Below are positions 26,323 to 32,000 of a stretch of 32,000 bases of DNA, piece by piece. The first letter of the stretch is position 1, and each line of letters begins with the position of its first letter. The notes beneath the pieces are model-generated. The model saw nothing but the letters and a program-made list of their open reading frames with translations, ran no database searches and was not told the origin of the DNA. The position numbers and the translations under genes are program-made. The DNA is from Candidatus Bathyarchaeota archaeon (GTDB taxonomy: Archaea; Thermoproteota; Bathyarchaeia; Bathyarchaeales; Bathycorpusculaceae). Location of the stretch: the NCBI GenBank assembly GCA_025058315.1, contig JANXET010000003.1, positions 46,901 through 78,900 of the forward strand, in the 5' to 3' direction.

Positions 26323-26382
26323 TTCGGATTCGGATTTAGAATATTTGCATATTTTGGATTCGGAATTGCAATTTTTACAAAT
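26323..26382 (+). repeat. Two tandem imperfect 30-bp direct repeats upstream of the archaellum operon
   Basis: Unit 1 is TTCGGATTCGGATTTAGAATATTTGCATAT (26323-26352). Unit 2 is TTTGGATTCGGAATTGCAATTTTTACAAAT (26353-26382). They match at 23 of 30 positions, with a shared core GGATTCGGA. The period is about 3 helical turns. Confidence 0.7.
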
Positions 26383-26397
26383 ACTGATTACTTCTTC

Positions 26398-26441
26398 ACA
26401 TAATTTAAATGCAAACTCCAAATCCATATGTCAAATAACTG
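26398..26441 (+). promoter_or_regulatory. Candidate TATA boxes for the archaellum operon
   Basis: ATAATTTAAATG (26398-26409) ends 52 nt upstream of the ATG at 26462. AAATAA (26433-26438) ends 23 nt upstream, which would fit a leaderless transcript. I cannot tell which one is used. Confidence 0.3.
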
Positions 26442-26461
26442 CTCTAGCAAGGGTTGTTGGC

Positions 26462-27208
26462 ATGTCAAAGAATGAGGAGAACAAATCAGGCAGTGGAAAC
26501 ATCGGAGAAAAGTCCACCGACGAGAAGAGGGAAATCCAGCAGATAAGGGCTGATGTGGACAAGTTATCAACAGAAATTAAGAACGCCATAGGAGAACTTA
26601 AGAAATCAATTGTTGACATACGGTCAGCCGTAAGCGAAATTGAGAATCCCTTCAACCTTCTAAGAGTTGTTTCAAGCGAAGGCGACTTGAAAAAACTGGA
26701 AAATGCGAGGCTTCCTCCAGGGATTAAATCCTTAATCATAGGCAAACCGGAGGAAACGGAGAGAAGTTTAGAAGTTGAAGAGAACCAGGTTGTACCTGAA
26801 AGTCGACTTGAAGAAACACCTCCCGGGGTCAAGCTACCAATCAGGGAGGAGGAAAAGAAACCAGCAGAGCAGCCGGGGCCAATTTTAAAACCGTCTGGAG
26901 CAGCCTACCTTGACTGGGTTTGGTCTCTATTAGATTTGGGTTTCAATTCGGACGATGTAGGCCAGATGGCGCAGTCCTATGAGCTTTTAGGCTTTATTCC
27001 TGAAGGCTCCAGCCGGCAGATCTATTCTTTAGCCGTGGCAGCTGAAAAAGCTCGATCCAAGGGCTTCGATAAGGGCCTATTTTTGCTCAACATGTATGAG
27101 GCTTCAGCCATTTCTGGAAAACAGATGAGCACTGAAGACTTGAAGAGGTTAATGTCCATAGTTGAGAAGATCATGAAGGAGGCTAAAATGGCGGAAAGGG
27201 TTGAGTAA
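26462..27208 (+). CDS. Archaellum accessory protein, ArlC/D/E (FlaC/D/E)-like: coiled-coil plus Arch_fla_DE-like C-terminal domain
   Basis: The N-terminal coiled coil ends in the ENPF motif (IQQIRADVDKLSTEIKNAIGELKKSIVDIRSAVSEIENPFNLL). An acidic/Pro linker follows. The C-terminal block is AAYLDWVWSLLDLGFNSDDVGQMAQSYELLGFIPEGSSRQIYSLAV, resembling the FlaD/E domain. It is the first gene of the arl operon. The start is taken as ATG 26462; the ORF track extends to 26306 through AT-rich repeat DNA. Confidence 0.55.
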   Translation: MSKNEENKSGSGNIGEKSTDEKREIQQIRADVDKLSTEIKNAIGELKKSIVDIRSAVSEIENPFNLLRVVSSEGDLKKLENARLPPGIKSLIIGKPEETERSLEVEENQVVPESRLEETPPGVKLPIREEEKKPAEQPGPILKPSGAAYLDWVWSLLDLGFNSDDVGQMAQSYELLGFIPEGSSRQIYSLAVAAEKARSKGFDKGLFLLNMYEASAISGKQMSTEDLKRLMSIVEKIMKEAKMAERVE

Positions 27209-27708
27209 TGGGCTATTCAGTGACGCTGACACACATCCTAATGGTTATATCTTCAATAGTGCTTGCCAGCGTATTCTCCGCCTACGCATTCTATGCAGGT
27301 AACCTCGTACAGAACGAGCTGATGCAGAATGCAAATGACTATAAAAGGTTGGTGAACATGCAGTTAGAGATAGTTTACGCCACAGTTGACAGCTCTACAA
27401 CACCGCCTCACTTCGTCATATACGTCAAAAACGTTGGAAACCTGCCGCTTAAGGACTATTCCTTCTTAGATGTTTATGTAGGCGGATATGGCGAAGCCCA
27501 ACTTTTCATCTACTATCCTAACGCGGCGCCTGGAAGCGGGCAGTTCAGCCTATCTGATGCTAACGGAGACGGGGTTTGGGAGCCCCGTGAAACCGCCACT
27601 ATAAGGGCTTATCCCAAAACAAGTGTCAGCGGAATAATATTTGAAGCCAAAATTGTCCCTTACAAGGGTGTTGGGAGCAGCTACCTCTTCTCAGCCCCGC
27701 CTACGTGA
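27208..27708 (+). CDS. FlaF/FlaG-family archaellum stator-associated protein (ArlG-like by position)
   Basis: The N-terminal hydrophobic helix is MGYSVTLTHILMVISSIVLASVFSAYAF. A beta-rich domain follows with HFVIYVKNVGNLPLKDYSFLDVYVGG. It sits between the arlCDE-like gene and arlH. The F versus G assignment is uncertain. Confidence 0.6.
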   Translation: MGYSVTLTHILMVISSIVLASVFSAYAFYAGNLVQNELMQNANDYKRLVNMQLEIVYATVDSSTTPPHFVIYVKNVGNLPLKDYSFLDVYVGGYGEAQLFIYYPNAAPGSGQFSLSDANGDGVWEPRETATIRAYPKTSVSGIIFEAKIVPYKGVGSSYLFSAPPT

Positions 27709-27717
27709 GGTGATTTA

Positions 27718-28251
27718 ATGGGTTTCTCCGTCACAATAACATCATCCATCATCCTAATAGTCATGTTCGCCCTAGCCTCAACCATGCTTATCACAATTTT
27801 CCAAGGTTTTAGAGAGGTCTCATATGCCGCTGGGGAGCATCTGCGCCTAGAAAGAGAACGGTCTGAAGTGGCACTTCAACTATCAGTAAATTCGGCTAAC
27901 ACCACATCATGCGTGTTCACCGTGAAAAATGTTGGATCAAGAGTTATCTTCCTGGAAAGGCAAAATGGCTTTAGCTGGAACACCATAATATTGTCCTACA
28001 GCGACGGATCAACGTGGCACTCATACCCAATTGAAAACTATCAAGTTCTTGAAGTTAAAGTTTCAAATACAAGTTACACATTTGACCCCGCCTCACATCC
28101 ATATATAAATCCGGGAGAGGAAGCCACGATATTCCTGAAAATACCTCAAGGTTCTCCCCGGATTCCTGACGGCGGGCTCATATCAGTTGTCTTCGTCACC
28201 CATTATGGAGTGGCCGTTTATGCTGAAGCATTGGCGGAGGGCTCACCTTGA
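27718..28251 (+). CDS. FlaF/FlaG-family archaellum protein (ArlF-like by position)
   Basis: N-terminus MGFSVTITSSIILIVMFALASTMLITIF, then CVFTVKNVGSRVIFL...IILSYSDG. A near-perfect SD GAGGTGAT lies 3 nt upstream of the ATG. Confidence 0.6.
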   Translation: MGFSVTITSSIILIVMFALASTMLITIFQGFREVSYAAGEHLRLERERSEVALQLSVNSANTTSCVFTVKNVGSRVIFLERQNGFSWNTIILSYSDGSTWHSYPIENYQVLEVKVSNTSYTFDPASHPYINPGEEATIFLKIPQGSPRIPDGGLISVVFVTHYGVAVYAEALAEGSP

Positions 28252-28949
28252 GAGTAATCAGCCTCGGGATTCCTGAGCTTGACAGGGACTTAGGCGGTGG
28301 AGTACCGCACCCCAGCCTCATCTCCATAGAGGGAGAGTACGGCTCTGGAAAAACCATATTCGTCCAGCAGGTAGCTGCTTCCATGCTTAGAGAAGGCCTA
28401 AGGGTTTATGTAATCTCCAGCGAAGCCACGGTAAAAGAGTATCTTGCAATGATGAGGTCCGTAAAGCTTGACGTGGACAGCTATTACCTCTCCGGGAGAC
28501 TCAACATTTACCCGCTTCACATTGAAGGTGGAAGATGGACTGACTTCATGAGCTCTTTCTTCCTAAGAGTAGCATCAACCTTCCTCGAGCTTAAGAAAAA
28601 ATCATACGACGCCGTCATAATCGACAGCCTCAGCGTACTCACAGTGAACACTCCTGCCCCGGAATTCTTAACATTTGTAACTAGGATGAAAAATCTAGTT
28701 TCAGACGAGAAAAGCGTGGTTACAACGTTCCATCCTGAGTTTCTATCTGAGGATAGCATAATGAAACTTAGGGCAAGCTCAGACGTCTACTTTGTGCTGA
28801 AGAACGCAAGCGTTTCAGGAATAGATGTCAAAATCCTGAGAATTGTCAAACTTTGGGGTGTAAGCGGTGAGAGAAAAAGCGCCATAACCCTTGAGATTAA
28901 CCCTCATGTGGGGCTCAGGGTTATGCCCCTCGGCGGTGTGAAAATCTAG
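28248..28949 (+). CDS. arlH: Archaellum RecA/KaiC-like ATP-binding protein ArlH (FlaH)
   Basis: LGIPELDRDLGGGVPHPSLISIEGEYGSGKT contains the Walker A motif. Walker B-like AVIIDSLS is also present. At 233 aa, a TTG start with GGAGGG 6 nt upstream gives a 4-nt overlap with the preceding stop. Confidence 0.8.
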   Translation: MRVISLGIPELDRDLGGGVPHPSLISIEGEYGSGKTIFVQQVAASMLREGLRVYVISSEATVKEYLAMMRSVKLDVDSYYLSGRLNIYPLHIEGGRWTDFMSSFFLRVASTFLELKKKSYDAVIIDSLSVLTVNTPAPEFLTFVTRMKNLVSDEKSVVTTFHPEFLSEDSIMKLRASSDVYFVLKNASVSGIDVKILRIVKLWGVSGERKSAITLEINPHVGLRVMPLGGVKI

Positions 28950-28960
28950 AGGCGAATATT

Positions 28961-30637
28961 ATGCTTCAAAAATTTAAAGTGCCCGTTAAACCGAGGGTTC
29001 CTAACTTTAAAGTGTCCCTGCCTAAAAGGAAGGTGGTTGCAGAAGAAGAGGAGAACACTTGGCCTTTTAAAAAGGATATATGTAAAACACTTGAGGAGGC
29101 CGTGAAGGAACACCCTTACTTGGCAACTTACCTTGATGGACTAAAAGAGAAGCCTAAATATGTTGTCAGTCCAGACTTGGAGGAGAAATCCACAAGCATA
29201 CTTTATCCTATCGGCTTGGGAATCTACGTGCACGTTGATGCAGGAGGCGAAATAGGACGATACAACATTATAGAACCTGAAAAGCCGCCTAGAGAGATTC
29301 TAGACGAAATCGAAGCCGCGGTGGCGAGACTTGTTGAGAACAAGGATTACAAGGGTGAACGGGACAAAATTTTAGCATCCCTTTTCTGGCAAGCAATACG
29401 CAAGAAGCTGGTTAAGATTCCTGAGAACGTGGACAAAACATCACTGCTTTATCACTTTTTAAGGGAGAAGGTTGGACATGGCTTTGTAGATGGATTTCTA
29501 GCAGATCCATGGCTTGAGGACATAAGCATTCCAGGCGAGGGAAGAATCTTCGTCTACCACAAGATGTTCGGTTATCTTGAAAGCAACACCTACGTATCAA
29601 AGGATGAGATTAACCGCGTTCTACGGAACATAGCTGAAAGGTATGGGAAGGTTCTAAGCTACACAAACCCCATAATAGACATACACCTACCAGACGGCTC
29701 AAGGTTCAACATAGTTTTCGGAGAGGACATAAGCCTGCGTGGAAGCAACTTCACAATAAGAAAGTTCCCAAAAGAACCAATTTCCGTTCCGCAGCTGATC
29801 CGCTGGAATACGCTGACCCCGGAGCTCGGTGCATACATCTGGATGCTTTTTGAAGTTGGTATATCTGCCATGGTCTGCGGGGAAACAGCCTCAGGCAAAA
29901 CCACAACGCTGAACGCCTTAATGGCTTTCATAAGCTCAGATGCCAAAATAGTGAGCATAGAAGAAACCCCTGAGATAAACCTCTTCCACAAGAACTGGGT
30001 CAGAGAAGTAACAAGGCTACATACAGGCTCACCAGTGACAATGTTCGACCTTTTGAAGGCAGCGCTCAGACAGAGGCCTGACTACATCATAGTGGGCGAG
30101 ATCCGAGGTGAGGAAGGCCGCATAGCCTTCCAGGCTATTGAAACGGGGCACCCTGTAATATCCACGATGCACGCGGGAAACCTTGGTCAACTTTTCCAGA
30201 GGCTTACATCATATCCCATCAACGTGCCTAAGTCCCACATTGATGGCTTAAACTTAACAATCTTCCAGGCGAGGATGGAGCGTGGTAAACGCTTCATAAG
30301 AAGGGTTACTTCAGTGAATGAGATTATAGGTTACGAGCCTGACGAGGGGAGGCTGAACTATCTGCCAGTTTTCCTATACGACTTCGACCAGGACAAGATA
30401 CGCTTCACAGGATCCAGCTTCCACCTGGAGACGAAGGTGCTGACATTCAGGGGATGGGGACGTGAGCGTCTTAAAGAGCTTTATGATGAAATGATGGCCC
30501 GGGCTGACATACTTAGATTTCTTTCAGAAAAATATCCCTCGTATAGCGATCTCTGGAAGACCTCCATAGCAGTCCGGGATAAAGGCGTTTGGGAGGTTCA
30601 TGAGAAGATTAAGGAAGGTAAGGCTCCGTGGGAATGA
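28961..30637 (+). CDS. arlI: Archaellum motor ATPase ArlI (FlaI), type II/IV secretion ATPase family
   Basis: Walker A VCGETASGKTTTLNAL, Walker B and Asp-box PDYIIVGEIRGEEG, His-box TGHPVISTMHA. It is 558 aa. Confidence 0.92.
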   Translation: MLQKFKVPVKPRVPNFKVSLPKRKVVAEEEENTWPFKKDICKTLEEAVKEHPYLATYLDGLKEKPKYVVSPDLEEKSTSILYPIGLGIYVHVDAGGEIGRYNIIEPEKPPREILDEIEAAVARLVENKDYKGERDKILASLFWQAIRKKLVKIPENVDKTSLLYHFLREKVGHGFVDGFLADPWLEDISIPGEGRIFVYHKMFGYLESNTYVSKDEINRVLRNIAERYGKVLSYTNPIIDIHLPDGSRFNIVFGEDISLRGSNFTIRKFPKEPISVPQLIRWNTLTPELGAYIWMLFEVGISAMVCGETASGKTTTLNALMAFISSDAKIVSIEETPEINLFHKNWVREVTRLHTGSPVTMFDLLKAALRQRPDYIIVGEIRGEEGRIAFQAIETGHPVISTMHAGNLGQLFQRLTSYPINVPKSHIDGLNLTIFQARMERGKRFIRRVTSVNEIIGYEPDEGRLNYLPVFLYDFDQDKIRFTGSSFHLETKVLTFRGWGRERLKELYDEMMARADILRFLSEKYPSYSDLWKTSIAVRDKGVWEVHEKIKEGKAPWE

Positions 30638-32000
30638 ATAAATTCAATAATCAAAAGAAACTTAAACCCCAGACGCTTCTGCTTATTCCATCAGCCATGT
30701 TCGCAGTCTACTACCTCATTTTAGGCAAGTTTTTGGAGGCAATACTATTTTTTGGAGTAGGCTTTGGGATATCCTTCGTGATCGGGCGTATTTCACATAA
30801 AGCTGGTCCAAAAAAAGTGGATCTTGCACTGACAACAGCCGTGTTCCACATGTACAGCCTATCAATGGGTGAAACCTCACCTGATGATCTTGTTCGAACC
30901 ATAGCAGAGAGTAAGGAATACGGGTTGTACAGCAAAATTTTTGAGAAGATATTCCGTCTTGCTAAGGACTTTGGCTATGGCTTCACAAAGGCGACAGCCC
31001 ATGTGGCTGCGAACCTGAGGCCACCGCTTAAAGATATACTTATCCGGCTTACAAGCGTCCTCTCAAGCGTTAAGCCCAGAGGCTACCTTGAGATTGAAGC
31101 TTCAATGCTTATTGAGGAGTATTCAGGCTACTACACGCGGTCTATTGAGGCGCTGAAAACCCTTGGAGGCATTTTTGCATCTTTTCAAAGCGTAACGGTA
31201 TTTCTCATAATGACTATTGCCATAATGGCCATATTCATGATAGACCCTAATGCAATAGTGTTCGGCTATTTCATTTCAGGCTTTTCCATAGTTATGATGT
31301 ACTTTCTTTTCAGGTCAGCTTCCCCCAGGGAAAACATAATCTACATTGGGAAGTATCCGCCAAGCCAATACACTCTTATGAGGCTGAGCTTCTTTGCCCT
31401 ACTACTCCCCTCAATAGCCATCGCAATGATTATGTATATCTCTGCAGGAGCACACATCGCCTTCATAATTCTCGGTTTAGGGATGATGCTGCCCGGATTT
31501 TTCGGCTATACGCTTGAGAGGCACGTTAACAGGATCGACAGGGAATACCCTGCCTTTCTTAAGGCAATAGGCGAAAACATGGCATCCACCTTAGACCTGA
31601 AGGCAGCTTTCTCCTATGTCCTCGACCTTGAGCTTGGACCCTTAAAAAGCCTTGTGAAAAATGCTTGGAACCGCCTAACACTCGGCATAGGGAACGCTCA
31701 AACTATGGAGAGCTTCTCTTCAGAGGCTGCATCCTACCAGGTGCATGTATGCAACAAAATATTCTTGGATGCGGTAGCAAGGGGTGCTAACCCGCTTGAG
31801 GTAGGCAACGCCCTTGGAAACAGAGTTGTCAAGCTCATCGAATTCAGAAAGGCTCGGGATGTAGTTACTAAGGGATTCCAAATGATAGTTATGGTAATGC
31901 AGCCGTTAACAGTGGTGCTGCTTGTAGTCACGGAAGTACTTGTAGGCTTCATGTCTCAATACCTGATTACCCTGCCATATTTCGGGTTCAACTCTATACC
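30634..32000 (+). CDS. arlJ: Archaellum membrane platform protein ArlJ (FlaJ), T2SS-F-like (partial, runs off window end)
   Basis: Manual translation from ATG 30634 (ATGA overlap with the arlI stop) is open to 32000: MNKFNNQKKLKPQTLLLIPSAMFAVYYLILGKF...EYPAFLKAIGENMASTLDLKAAFSYVL.... It has multiple TM segments and two T2SSF-like cytoplasmic repeats. Confidence 0.8.
   Translation, partial: MNKFNNQKKLKPQTLLLIPSAMFAVYYLILGKFLEAILFFGVGFGISFVIGRISHKAGPKKVDLALTTAVFHMYSLSMGETSPDDLVRTIAESKEYGLYSKIFEKIFRLAKDFGYGFTKATAHVAANLRPPLKDILIRLTSVLSSVKPRGYLEIEASMLIEEYSGYYTRSIEALKTLGGIFASFQSVTVFLIMTIAIMAIFMIDPNAIVFGYFISGFSIVMMYFLFRSASPRENIIYIGKYPPSQYTLMRLSFFALLLPSIAIAMIMYISAGAHIAFIILGLGMMLPGFFGYTLERHVNRIDREYPAFLKAIGENMASTLDLKAAFSYVLDLELGPLKSLVKNAWNRLTLGIGNAQTMESFSSEAASYQVHVCNKIFLDAVARGANPLEVGNALGNRVVKLIEFRKARDVVTKGFQMIVMVMQPLTVVLLVVTEVLVGFMSQYLITLPYFGFNSI

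Noticed and set aside
26306-26461. The ORF track extends the ArlCDE-like ORF by 52 codons (MMLVCYSDSDLEYLHILDSELQFLQIL...).
   Set aside because: The stretch is markedly AT-rich and contains TATA-like boxes and the tandem repeat. A start at 26306 leaves only 32 bp to the divergent gene. I use ATG 26462 as the start, but the in-frame conservation of the repeat is flagged as a finding.
27764-27773. There is a 10-nt exact match (GCCCTAGCCT) to the tRNA-Ser D-arm region inside the FlaF-like gene.
   Set aside because: It lies within an intact coding region in a conserved operon. The match length is within chance expectation and there is no flanking similarity.

Overview
This window looks like a chromosomal segment from a thermophilic archaeon. 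The evidence is a reverse gyrase, archaeal-type ApgM, an archaellum operon, TATA-like AT-rich promoters and GGAGG/GGTGAT Shine-Dalgarno sites. All calls rest on reading the supplied translations, my own manual translations and remembered family motifs; no searches were run.

**Layout**
- **1-16156:** a very compact tetrapyrrole/anaerobic cobalamin supercluster in two divergent operons.
  - Minus strand: hemA, cbiX-cbiC fusion, cbiD, cbiE, cbiT, cbiL, cbiF, cbiG (runs off the window).
  - Plus strand: an inverted-domain CobQ/CbiA-like amidotransferase, sirC, hemB, hemL, hemC, cobA, hemD, an ApgM-family protein, cbiB.
- **16153-21620:** reverse gyrase lies directly downstream of sufC-sufB on the minus strand. 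Its stop codon overlaps the cbiB stop convergently.
- **21640-26300:** a short, decayed accessory stretch. It holds two small minus-strand ORFs, a frameshifted tyrosine-recombinase pseudogene abutting tRNA-Ser(GCU), a 92-aa hypothetical, a multi-TM protein with a bacterial-PH-like domain, a heavily decayed pyruvate-kinase-C-terminal-like pseudogene and a DUF457/YdjM-like membrane protein.
- **26300-32000:** an archaellum accessory/motor operon: ArlC/D/E-like, two FlaF/FlaG-family genes, arlH, arlI and arlJ (partial). A 30-bp tandem repeat precedes it, and no archaellin gene sits at its head.

**Novelty**
I found no convincing wholly new multi-gene system such as a defence island or a CRISPR array. 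The most unusual items are:
- the inverted-domain amidotransferase;
- the CbiX-CbiC fusion;
- the ApgM paralog embedded next to cbiB;
- the repeat element upstream of the archaellin-less archaellum operon.
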